Positions 39,013 through 47,030 of a stretch of DNA of 64,000 nucleotides are shown here, piece after piece. Positions within the stretch are counted from its first letter, which is position 1. Each line of letters opens with the position of its first letter. A program made the position numbers and the translations under genes. Source of the DNA: an uncultured Pseudomonadota bacterium (GTDB taxonomy: Bacteria; Myxococcota_A; UBA796; SXON01). The notes below the pieces were generated by a model, which was not told the DNA's origin, ran no database searches, and saw only the letters and a program-made list of their open reading frames with translations. The stretch is from NCBI GenBank assembly GCA_903875225.1, contig CAIQVJ010000041.1, positions 18,113 to 82,112 of the forward strand, in the 5' to 3' direction.

Positions 39013-39636
39013 CTACCAGCTGGCGGTGGCGTGGAGCGTGTTCGACCGGTTGCCGGCGGCGTCCAGGACGTACATGTTCACGTCGTAGGTCGAGCTGGTG
39101 TCGAGCCCGTCCAGACCGAACATGAGCTCGGTGCCCCAGGTCACGCAGATGAAGGCGCTCCCCCCGCAATCGAACCCATCGACGATCGGAAGGTCGACGT
39201 CGGGCGGGCCACCCCCGGTTCGGTTGTCGACGAAGGTGGCGAACAGTTCGCCGCCGCCGAGGTCGCCCTGCGGGTCGGTGGCCGCCACGTTGATCATCGA
39301 CTGCGAGGAGCTCAGGTAGTAGGTCCCGAGCGAGATCAGGGTCGCGCCGTTCGGGTCACCGTCGGTGTCCGCATCGGAGTCCGAATCGGCGTCGGTGTCC
39401 GTGTCCGCATCGGAGTCGGAATCGGCGTCGGTGTCGGTGTCGGCATCCGAGTCGGAGTCGGCGTCGGTGTCGGCGTCCGAGTCCGTGTCGGCATCCCCGT
39501 CGGTGGCCGTGTCGTCTCCGTACACGATCCGCACGCAGCTGCCATCTTCGGTCTTGCCATAGCCTGTGGCGCACGGCTCCTCGGTGCAGCCGAGCGGGAG
39601 CAACAGGAACAGGAATGGCAGCAGGGGGCGGATCAT
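39013..39636 (-). CDS. Lipoprotein with a long Asp-Thr/Ser repeat tether
   Basis: ATG at 39636 with AAGGAG 7 nt upstream. MIRPLLPFLFLLLPLGC lipobox. It has about 50 aa of (D[AST])n repeat followed by a globular C-terminal domain. Confidence 0.8.
   Translation of the reverse strand: MIRPLLPFLFLLLPLGCTEEPCATGYGKTEDGSCVRIVYGDDTATDGDADTDSDADTDADSDSDADTDTDADSDSDADTDTDADSDSDADTDGDPNGATLISLGTYYLSSSQSMINVAATDPQGDLGGGELFATFVDNRTGGGPPDVDLPIVDGFDCGGSAFICVTWGTELMFGLDGLDTSSTYDVNMYVLDAAGNRSNTLHATASW
39355..39517 (-). repeat. Hexanucleotide-periodic coding tandem repeat with 30-36-nt superunits, encoding DADTDSDADTD...
   Basis: Units begin GTCGGTGTC at 39361, 39391, 39427 and 39463. All six frames stay open across it, which produces shadow ORFs. 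Confidence 0.85.
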
Positions 39637-39742
39637 CGGGCGTCTCCTTCGTTGAGAGGACTTGTCCATCCGGCGGGGGCCAGGAGGCCGCACCGGGAGG
39701 GGAAGTGTAGCATGATGGTCGGGCGGGGCTGACCCGGGGCGC

Positions 39743-41353
39743 TCACGGCGGCGCGATGGCGGGACCCGGGGAGACGAATCCCCAGTATCCCTGCTCCCGC
39801 ATCTTGCGGATCTCGTCGGGACCGAGGGCTTCGCGCGGCGCGCCAGCCATCGTCTGGGACTGGCCCGCCCGCGTGGCGAGCAGCACGCGGAGCATTCCGA
39901 CGGCGCGGCTGGGATCCTGCAGCGCGATGTTGCGGGTCTCGTCGGGATCGTGGACGAGGTCGTAGAGCTCGATCAGCGTGTCTTCGGGCGACGCGCCCGT
40001 TGGCGCGTCCCCATGGAGCTTCACGTTGGCGAGGCCCGTCGCATCGCCGGCGCAGTCGGGGAGGGCGACGTCGGCGGGGCCGTGGTTGGCGACGAAGTCG
40101 GGCAGGGGGATCTTCAACCCGTCGGCGTCGCCCGCTGGCATCCAGTTCCGGTCCTGGCGCTGCCGCCCGTCACGCAGGATCAGCTTGTGGCCGTCGGCGC
40201 GCAACGCCATGTGGCAGGCATCCGTGAGGCTGAACACCGGGCGCTCGACATAGGTCGCTTCGCCGGGACCCATCAGGGAGGAGAGCGACTCGCCGTCCAT
40301 GGTCTGGTCGGCGGGGATGCCCGCGCGCTCCAGCAGCGTGGGCGCGAGGTCGACTCCCTGCACGACTGTGCGGACCACCCTCCCGCTGGAGCCGCTCCGG
40401 CGGGGGTCGACGATCACCAGGGGTACGCGGATCGTGCTGTCGTACAGGAGGCCATGTCCACCGTAGGTGTGGTGGAAGAAGTCCTGGCCGTGATCGGAGG
40501 TGAGCACGACGATGGTCCGGTCCGCGACGCCCGTGGCGTCGAGGGTCTCGAGGATCTCTCCCACGGAGGCGTCGTAGAGGTGCAGGATCCCCTCGTAGTG
40601 CGCGACCATCGCCTGACGCGCTGCAGATTCGGTCAGCCGGTGCTGAAAACTCTCGTAGATCGCCGGGTAGTCCGATCCGATGGCCTGGGTGTGCGGGGTG
40701 TCGTAGGGGTACTTGGGCTGCAGGAACGCCCAGGGGTGGTTCAGGTCGATCTCGTGGATGTACCCAAAAAAGGGCTCCCGAGCCTGATCCTCGAGCCAGT
40801 GCACCACATCTCCGGTCGGAGGCTTCTTCCCCGTCTTCTTCTCCACCGAGACGAGGTCGAATCCGCGCGAGTTGGCCTCGCTCCCCGGGCCCGGGAGCGT
40901 GCCGCCGAAGAACGCAGCCGTGGAGTAGCCGTACAGCGCCAGGATGCCGGGCAGCTCGCGGCCGCCCCGGGGGCGCCCGCCCTGCAACTCGATGGCCACC
41001 GGCAGCCGGCCGCCGAGGATGCTGCCCAGCGCGGGCAGGGTCCAGCCCGAGTGGCTGATGGCGCTCGTGAACTGCACGCCGCGGTGGGTCAGGGCATCGA
41101 TGTTGGGCGTGATCGGGGAGCCATCGCGGGTGAGGCCGAGGTACTCCGGCGACAGCGAGTCGATGTCGATCACCAGGATGTTTGGTCGGAGCTCTCCGTC
41201 CGGCCCGAACGCGACGGCTGGCGGGCGGTTGGCGCGCCACCACACCGCAAGGCCGAGCAGCACGAGGCAGAGCACACCGACTCCCGCGCGCACGAGCGAG
41301 CGTCGCTTCATGGGGTTCGGGGCGGGGTGCATGAGCGATCCGGCAGAGAGCAC
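39743..41353 (-). CDS. Sulfatase-like hydrolase/transferase (alkaline-phosphatase superfamily), membrane-anchored
   Basis: NILVIDIDSL metal-site Asp, ISHSGWTLPALGSILGG, and VVLTSDHGQDFFHH. The N-terminal anchor is KRRSLVRAGVGVLCLVLLGLAVWW. Alternative ATG starts lie at 41332 and 41311. Confidence 0.8.
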   Translation of the reverse strand: MLSAGSLMHPAPNPMKRRSLVRAGVGVLCLVLLGLAVWWRANRPPAVAFGPDGELRPNILVIDIDSLSPEYLGLTRDGSPITPNIDALTHRGVQFTSAISHSGWTLPALGSILGGRLPVAIELQGGRPRGGRELPGILALYGYSTAAFFGGTLPGPGSEANSRGFDLVSVEKKTGKKPPTGDVVHWLEDQAREPFFGYIHEIDLNHPWAFLQPKYPYDTPHTQAIGSDYPAIYESFQHRLTESAARQAMVAHYEGILHLYDASVGEILETLDATGVADRTIVVLTSDHGQDFFHHTYGGHGLLYDSTIRVPLVIVDPRRSGSSGRVVRTVVQGVDLAPTLLERAGIPADQTMDGESLSSLMGPGEATYVERPVFSLTDACHMALRADGHKLILRDGRQRQDRNWMPAGDADGLKIPLPDFVANHGPADVALPDCAGDATGLANVKLHGDAPTGASPEDTLIELYDLVHDPDETRNIALQDPSRAVGMLRVLLATRAGQSQTMAGAPREALGPDEIRKMREQGYWGFVSPGPAIAPP

Positions 41354-41401
41354 ACCCGCCCAGCGTATACCTTCGTGGGCGGGCCCGGCAATCCGCTCGA
41401 C

Positions 41402-42451
41402 CTATGGAACGCGCGTCGCCTCGGCTTGCGCCCGGGATCGGGGCGGTGCCGGCTTCGTCGGACCGCTCCCCGGCACGTCTTCGCACCGGGGCTGGGTACG
41501 GAGCCCGCCGGGGTCGGATCCGGTCGTCAACCGCTCCGCGAGGATCTCGGCGAGCACGCGATACCCCGACTCGCTGGGGTGGGTGTGGTCCTCAAAACCC
41601 CAGCACGCGCTCGACGCGAGCCTCGCTCCGGTCACCCGGACGCCGAGGGGGGTGAGCGCGTCGGAGAACCGGCTGTAGGGGACCACCGGATCCCCGGCGA
41701 TGGCCTGGTCCCGGGTGGCCGGCCACATGCCCAGCACGACGTCGAGACCGGCGGCACGCGCCTCTTTCGCCAGGGTCATCGTGTCGTCCAGGGCTGTCCC
41801 CCACGTCGCGTCGTCGAAGTCGCGCAGGCCCGAGCGGGTGTACGGGATCACCAGGCGGCGCAGGCCAAGGTAGAGGTACAGGTTGAGATAGGGTGCGCCC
41901 CCGCCGAGCCACACAGCACGTTCAGCCCCAACGGCCTTCTGCCGGCCGATGTTCTTCGGGGCGCCCAACACCAGTCCGTCCAACTGCCAACGGTCCCGCA
42001 ACGCACGCCAACGCACCAGCATGTCGTACGCGCCACCGCCAGGCACGCCGGCGTCCAGCACCTCCACGGGCTTGTGCAGGCTGGAGGCGAGGATCGTCTC
42101 CAACTGTGCCTCCAGGGTCAGGGATTGGTCCGTGGTCTGCCCCCAGATCCAACTGTCTCCAAGCGCCAGGTACCGGACCGTGCCGGCCGGACGTTCCCTG
42201 GGAAACTCCTTGTCCGCTCGCAACCCAGCGGCGTTCATCCGATAGCGCCAATAGTTGGGGCCGTCGGGGACCACGTCCTGGGCCAGCGGACGGGGAAGGT
42301 AGGTCTTCTTGTCCGAGTCGAGCATGAGCACGCTGTTCGGTCGCTCGTAGGAGAACAACAGCTCCTCCGGGGGCACCATGGCACGCAACACCGCCTCCAG
42401 CGCGGCGAGCACGGCGATTGCGAAGGCCAGGGCCTGGAGTCGACGACGCAT
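41402..42451 (-). CDS. SGNH/GDSL-family hydrolase with N-terminal membrane anchor
   Basis: Block I is YLALGDSWIWG and the block V-like region is DHTHPSESGYRVLA. The N-terminal hydrophobic segment is LQALAFAIAVLAALEAVL. Confidence 0.75.
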   Translation of the reverse strand: MRRRLQALAFAIAVLAALEAVLRAMVPPEELLFSYERPNSVLMLDSDKKTYLPRPLAQDVVPDGPNYWRYRMNAAGLRADKEFPRERPAGTVRYLALGDSWIWGQTTDQSLTLEAQLETILASSLHKPVEVLDAGVPGGGAYDMLVRWRALRDRWQLDGLVLGAPKNIGRQKAVGAERAVWLGGGAPYLNLYLYLGLRRLVIPYTRSGLRDFDDATWGTALDDTMTLAKEARAAGLDVVLGMWPATRDQAIAGDPVVPYSRFSDALTPLGVRVTGARLASSACWGFEDHTHPSESGYRVLAEILAERLTTGSDPGGLRTQPRCEDVPGSGPTKPAPPRSRAQAEATRVP

Positions 42452-42460
42452 CGTGGGCCC

Positions 42461-44221
42461 CTATCGCTTCCCGAGCACCAGCACCGTCACCCCCGTCCCA
42501 TCGTCGAAGTGCTGGTCGGTGACCGTGACGTCTGCGAACGCGGTGCGTATCAGGTCCACGCCGATGGTCGTGTAGATCTTCTCGTCGATCGCGACGAAGC
42601 CGAGGCCCTGCTCCACGAGGGTCGCGGCCACGCGCCTGCGGCGCTCCGGCTCGTCGGTCGCCTGCGCCGGGATCGGCTCCCCGATCGTCTGGGGGTTCGC
42701 GATGTCGTCCAGGGCGTGGAGCACCCGGTCGGTGTCGGGAGCGAACGCGTTGCGCCGCACCACGGTGCGCAGTCCGTCGGGCCAGTAGGTGCTGGCGCGG
42801 TGACACAGGACCTGGAACCAGAGCTCGTCGGCGCTCCGGATGTTCGGCGAGATGTCGGCGAACACCGGCAGTTGACTACGGTCCTCGGTCTCCCGCGCGC
42901 CCCGGAAGCGGGGCAGGAACAACACCGCGCCGCGCTCCCCGGATCCGGCGACGAACTGCGTGAAAGCCGGTGACGGCGGGGAGAAGTGCGGGAGGTTGGC
43001 GCGGAACTCGGTGAGCGTCTCGGTGTGGTGCACGGCGGCGATGCAGAACGGGACCACGAGCAGCCAGCGCATCCACTCCCGCGGCAACGCGGCGACGCCG
43101 ATCGCTCCAGCGATCGCCACCGCCTGCGCTGCCGGAACCAGCCAGCGCCGCGGAAAACGCACGATGGGGGGTGGGAAGTGGGTGTTGAACCAGATGATCC
43201 CCTCTCCGAGCCACAGCCCGGGTCGGCCGAGCCACGTCTGCAGCATCGGGGTGTTCTCCGGATGCGTGCCCAGCCCCCAGGCCAGGGCCAGCACGCCGAT
43301 GCACACCCAGGGAAGCGCCTTCTTCCAGCGCAGCGCGGCGCAGGCGAGCAGGGCGACGAGCACCCGCCAGGGGATGAACCCCGTCCCGAGCGTGTAGTCC
43401 CAGTGGCCGAGGGTGCGGCGGGTCTCCCAGCGCTTCCAGACCTCCAGCGTGATGGAGTTTCCCGGCGCGTTGCTCTGCGGCGCCGTCAGGGGAATTCCCC
43501 AATACAGCCCGAGCAGCAAGAGGCCGAAGGCCAGCAGGGACAGGACCATGGGGCCCTGCCGCTGCCACCGCCTCCACTCGAACACGAGCGGTACGAACGG
43601 CGCGCAGAAGATCGCGTGGTACGGGCTGTCGAGCGCGACCACGCCGAGCAGTCCCCCCGCCGCGAGCGCCCAGCCGCGATGCGCCGTGGGGTGCGATCCG
43701 TGCAGGCGGCCTGCCGAGTAGAGGGCACCGAGCGCCGTCGGGACCGCCCACCACGCGACGAACTCCGGCGTGCCGTCGCTGAGCGCGTGGAACAGCATCG
43801 GCTGGATGAGCATCATCGTCCCAGCGAGGAGGGCCGCGGCGGGGCTGTCCGTGATCCGCCAGGCCAGGAACGCCGAGCCGAGGCCGGCCGCCGCCCAGAG
43901 GCTGACGACCCAGATGTTGAAGCCGAGCACCGGCCCGAACAGCCCCACCAACGGGGCGCCGAGGATCATCGAGAACTGCGGCAGGAGCACGATCTTGACG
44001 CCGACGGGAAACGCCATCCGGCCGGTCCAGAACGGCGGGGTGGGGAGGGACTCCCAGGCGTGGTCGAGCCCCCACACCGCGCGGATGATGTCGGTCTGGG
44101 GGGCGCCGAGGAGCTCCCCCTGCGAGAGCGAGGGCCACACGTACCAGACCACCAGCAGCACCAGCGCCACAACCACAAGCGCAAGCTGGATCCGTTGGGG
44201 CGTTGAGGGGGTGTCGGCCAC
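42461..44221 (-). CDS. Polytopic membrane protein (glycosyltransferase-C / YfhO-like architecture, unassigned)
   Basis: GTG start. The 586-aa product has more than 10 hydrophobic helices in the first ~400 aa, then a soluble C-terminal domain of about 170 aa. Confidence 0.75.
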   Translation of the reverse strand: MADTPSTPQRIQLALVVVALVLLVVWYVWPSLSQGELLGAPQTDIIRAVWGLDHAWESLPTPPFWTGRMAFPVGVKIVLLPQFSMILGAPLVGLFGPVLGFNIWVVSLWAAAGLGSAFLAWRITDSPAAALLAGTMMLIQPMLFHALSDGTPEFVAWWAVPTALGALYSAGRLHGSHPTAHRGWALAAGGLLGVVALDSPYHAIFCAPFVPLVFEWRRWQRQGPMVLSLLAFGLLLLGLYWGIPLTAPQSNAPGNSITLEVWKRWETRRTLGHWDYTLGTGFIPWRVLVALLACAALRWKKALPWVCIGVLALAWGLGTHPENTPMLQTWLGRPGLWLGEGIIWFNTHFPPPIVRFPRRWLVPAAQAVAIAGAIGVAALPREWMRWLLVVPFCIAAVHHTETLTEFRANLPHFSPPSPAFTQFVAGSGERGAVLFLPRFRGARETEDRSQLPVFADISPNIRSADELWFQVLCHRASTYWPDGLRTVVRRNAFAPDTDRVLHALDDIANPQTIGEPIPAQATDEPERRRRVAATLVEQGLGFVAIDEKIYTTIGVDLIRTAFADVTVTDQHFDDGTGVTVLVLGKR

Positions 44222-44262
44222 AGGCGCACCTATCCCGGCCCCCGCTCCCGCCGCGATACGTC

Positions 44263-46578
44263 CTATCTGGGTGGTGAGGGTTCCCGGGGCGTACCACCCC
44301 GGTCCGGCGGTCCGCGCGGCGTTCCCCCGGGCGGCGGCCCTTTCCCGGGAGGCCCGTGCGGGCCGTGTCCGTGCGGTGGGCCCGCCGGCCGGTCACGCGG
44401 CGGTGGGGCTCTCCCGTCCATCAGCTCCTCCCCGAGGATCTGGCGAACGGTGAGGCCATCGCGGGCGAAAGCGACGAGCCGGGCGAGCTCCGCGCGGTCG
44501 ACATCGCCGAGTTGCCAGCGCCCGGGGGCCGGAGCGGGGGCTGGCGACCGGAGGAGCGCGTTCTGTGCTGCGACCGACGCCACCGTGCTCGGGCTCCATC
44601 CCGAGACCGCGCTCACGGCGGCGTCCCAGCGCCCCCTGTCGGCCGCAGCGACGCCCACCGCCTCGTCCAGCACCTGGATCAACGTGCGCGCACGGTCGGG
44701 CTCCCGGGTCGCCCAGGGCACGCTCAGCATCAGCACCGAACGGAACTCGCGCTCCACCAGCAATCGCACGCCGCCGCGATGCAGCCAGTCCTCCACCCAC
44801 GGGTCCCAACTCACCACCGCCTCGACCTCCCCCCGCTCCAGCGCGGGCAGGAGCGCGTCGGTCTCGAGCGGCACAACTGTGGCGTTCAGGCCCCTGCCCC
44901 AGGTCTCCCAATCCATCGCGGGCGTCGAGCCTCGCGCCAATCCAACCCTGGCGCCGGTGAGCCCGGCCAACGTCGTCGGCCCGTTCGCCCGCACCACCAC
45001 GGCGATGCGGCCGAGCTCTCCCGGGGTCGCCACCACCCGCACGTCCGGGCGCGACTCCAACATCCGGAGCGCCGGCAGCTCGCACGAGAAGAACGCGTCG
45101 AGCTTGCCCGCCGCGACGTCGTCCCCCTGCGTCTTCCCCGAGGTGTACTCCGTGAGCTCGAGATCGAGCCCGGCGCGTCGGGCGATCTCCGGCATGGCGC
45201 TCAGGACGGCGCCGATGTGGGCGTGGACGGGAGTGAAGGACGAATACCCGAAGCGCAGCGTGGCCTCGGTGCGCGCCGGGGGCGGACCCCCGATCGGCAT
45301 GCGCCCGGTGTAGCCGGGCCACCGGTCATGCAGCGCGTCGGCGACGATCTGGGCGATCCGGAGGTGGCCCGTGGGGTTGGGGTGGAACACGTGGCCGTCG
45401 CAGAACAGGTCCTGCTCCCGGGAGCGCGACCACCAGTCGTCGATGTCGATCAGCGGGAACCCGAGGTCCTTCGCCGCCCGCGCGGCGGCCTCGCGGTAGG
45501 TGGGATCCACGTAGCGGGCCACGAGATCGGGCTGCGTGCGGTTGATCGGCATGTTCATCCACGCAAAATCCGGGCTGATCGCCTGGAGCGTGCGCAGGTT
45601 CGCCACGAAGTCCGCGATCGGCACGCGAGGTGTGAGCCCGCTCATCTCGTCATCGGGCAGCTTTCCGTAGAGCGGGTCCGTGCCCGCGGCTCGTCCGGTG
45701 AACTGTCGGGTGTTCTCGCGAAGGAGCGAGAGCGTGACTTCCCGCGCCAGCAGGTAGACCTCGGACTGGAAAAGCACCCTCTGGATGCTGCGACTGGGTC
45801 CGGGTGCGGTGACCCTGGCCTTGTCCGTCAGGTACTCGGGCCCCGGATCGTTGTTGAATCCCGCGATCACGAGGTCGGGATGGTACGCGAGCCCCACGTC
45901 CTGCAGCCAGGTGATGCCCTCCACCGTCGTCCAACCCGGGCACGCGCCGTTGATGATGTGGACGGGTTTGGAGGTCTTGTCCTGGAGGAGCTTCTCGAGT
46001 TGGTACTCCCAGGTCTCGCTTCCTTCTACACCGTGTCCGAAGTTGGAGGAGTCCCCCAGCACGAACACGCGGTACTCGCTCTCGGGCCCGCCGGGCTTCT
46101 CGCGCGGCACGGTCACCTCGCGGAGGCCATCTGCATTGGTATTGAGCTTTCCTCCACCCGTGAGGTTGTCGAAGTCGACGAGGTCTGGACGCACCACCCA
46201 CTGCTGAACGGGGTCGGGTCGAAAGTAGGTGACCATGTCCAGCGCGAGGTAGGCGCGGATCACGCCTTCTGCCACCAGGAGGCTCCCGAACATCGCGACG
46301 AAGGGTTGCCAGCGCCGGGTCGTGCGCCACCCGGCGAGCGTGAATGCGTAGACCGTCGCCGTCACGCAGGCGGCCACCGCGAACAGCACCATCGCGTTCT
46401 CGGGGGCGTAGGGCGAGGCCGGGTCGATCAACGGCCCCTTCTTCCAGCCCGGGTAGACGGTCAGGTGGAACAGCCACGCCACGCCGAGGATCGCAGCATC
46501 TGCAGCAGCGAGCAGGATGGCACCGAAGGCGAGCCGACGCGGGGAGCGGTTCACGGCGGGTTGATCATGCGCTGCCAT
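44263..46578 (-). CDS. Membrane-anchored fusion of an SGNH hydrolase domain and an NMT1/SsuA-like solute-binding-protein domain, with a Pro/Gly-rich tail
   Basis: ATG at 46578 (MAAHDQ). TM helices, then SGNH block I RVFVLGDSSNFGHG and block V DGHVFHPNPTGHLRIA. An SBP-like region follows (LRFGYSSFTPVHAHIG...VVSWDPWVEDW). The tail is PPHGHGPHGPPGKGPPPGG. Confidence 0.8.
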   Translation of the reverse strand: MAAHDQPAVNRSPRRLAFGAILLAAADAAILGVAWLFHLTVYPGWKKGPLIDPASPYAPENAMVLFAVAACVTATVYAFTLAGWRTTRRWQPFVAMFGSLLVAEGVIRAYLALDMVTYFRPDPVQQWVVRPDLVDFDNLTGGGKLNTNADGLREVTVPREKPGGPESEYRVFVLGDSSNFGHGVEGSETWEYQLEKLLQDKTSKPVHIINGACPGWTTVEGITWLQDVGLAYHPDLVIAGFNNDPGPEYLTDKARVTAPGPSRSIQRVLFQSEVYLLAREVTLSLLRENTRQFTGRAAGTDPLYGKLPDDEMSGLTPRVPIADFVANLRTLQAISPDFAWMNMPINRTQPDLVARYVDPTYREAAARAAKDLGFPLIDIDDWWSRSREQDLFCDGHVFHPNPTGHLRIAQIVADALHDRWPGYTGRMPIGGPPPARTEATLRFGYSSFTPVHAHIGAVLSAMPEIARRAGLDLELTEYTSGKTQGDDVAAGKLDAFFSCELPALRMLESRPDVRVVATPGELGRIAVVVRANGPTTLAGLTGARVGLARGSTPAMDWETWGRGLNATVVPLETDALLPALERGEVEAVVSWDPWVEDWLHRGGVRLLVEREFRSVLMLSVPWATREPDRARTLIQVLDEAVGVAAADRGRWDAAVSAVSGWSPSTVASVAAQNALLRSPAPAPAPGRWQLGDVDRAELARLVAFARDGLTVRQILGEELMDGRAPPPRDRPAGPPHGHGPHGPPGKGPPPGGTPRGPPDRGGTPREPSPPR

Positions 46579-46685
46579 CTTGCGCGGTCGACGAGCGCCG
46601 GTCAAGCGCGCTCCACAGCGCCGGTGGCGCTCCGGCGGCGTCCGGTCCGCGGTCCGTCCCGCTGAAGTAAAGAACCGTCACGCGC

Positions 46686-46715
46686 TTGACGCGGGAGCCG
46701 CGCCGTATCTACACT
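46686..46715 (+). promoter_or_regulatory. Candidate sigma-70 promoter (TTGACG-N18-TACACT) upstream of the DUF465 gene
   Basis: TTGACG at 46686-46691 and TACACT at 46710-46715. A GGAG Shine-Dalgarno precedes the ATG at 46740. Confidence 0.3.
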
Positions 46716-46739
46716 CAGCGGGCACCCTGGAGTGTGTTC

Positions 46740-46955
46740 ATGGAGTCTTCCGAGATCGAGCTCATCCACCATCTCTCCGCCAAGAATGACGAGTTGCGGC
46801 ACCTGTATTCGCAGCACCAGAAGTACGAGGGTCAGCTCTCCAGGCTCACCGTCCGGTACCCGAGCGAGTCCGAGCTGAGGGAGATCGCGCGGGTGAAACG
46901 CCTCAAGCTGCGGGGCAAGGATCGGATCCAGCAGATCCTGGCGTCCAGCCGGTAG
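46740..46955 (+). CDS. DUF465 (YdcH-like) small coiled-coil protein
   Basis: MESSEIELIHHLSAKNDELRHLYSQHQKYEGQLSRL...LREIARVKRLKLRGKD fits the DUF465 pattern. The product is 71 aa. Confidence 0.75.
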   Translation: MESSEIELIHHLSAKNDELRHLYSQHQKYEGQLSRLTVRYPSESELREIARVKRLKLRGKDRIQQILASSR

Positions 46956-47030
46956 TCCACACCCCGGGGGGCGGGGGCTGGGTCATGCGGCGGACGATGC
47001 GATGGCCGTGCATCGCAATACGTTCGACGC

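Noticed and set aside
39355-39517. Whether the tandem repeats here and at 54203-54334 could be a CRISPR array or a non-coding VNTR.
   Set aside because: The period is 6-36 nt with no unique spacers. The repeats lie inside ORFs and stay in frame with them, and no cas genes are present.
39336-39574. Several short ORFs in all frames over the Asp-rich repeat (for example RIGVGVRVRIGVG..., TRTPTPTPTPT..., SASESESASVS...). The same pattern occurs at 54008-54509.
   Set aside because: They are by-products of a hexanucleotide-periodic repeat that has no stops in any frame. Only the frame continuous with the lipobox signal and the C-terminal domain is credible.
39950-42973. A 1007-aa plus-strand ORF spanning the sulfatase-like, SGNH and membrane-protein genes.
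   Set aside because: It is antisense to three well-supported minus-strand genes. Its composition is dominated by R/G/A/V/H and it contains no motifs.
46579-46605. A TTG start at 46605 for the SGNH-SBP fusion gene, and analogous 5' extensions (clpB to 12101, purA to 63295, dinB from 52138, mdh from 24548).
   Set aside because: The extensions add Arg/Pro-rich, non-conserved residues upstream of N-termini that match conserved family starts, or upstream of signal or anchor sequences. The internal ATG starts fit better.
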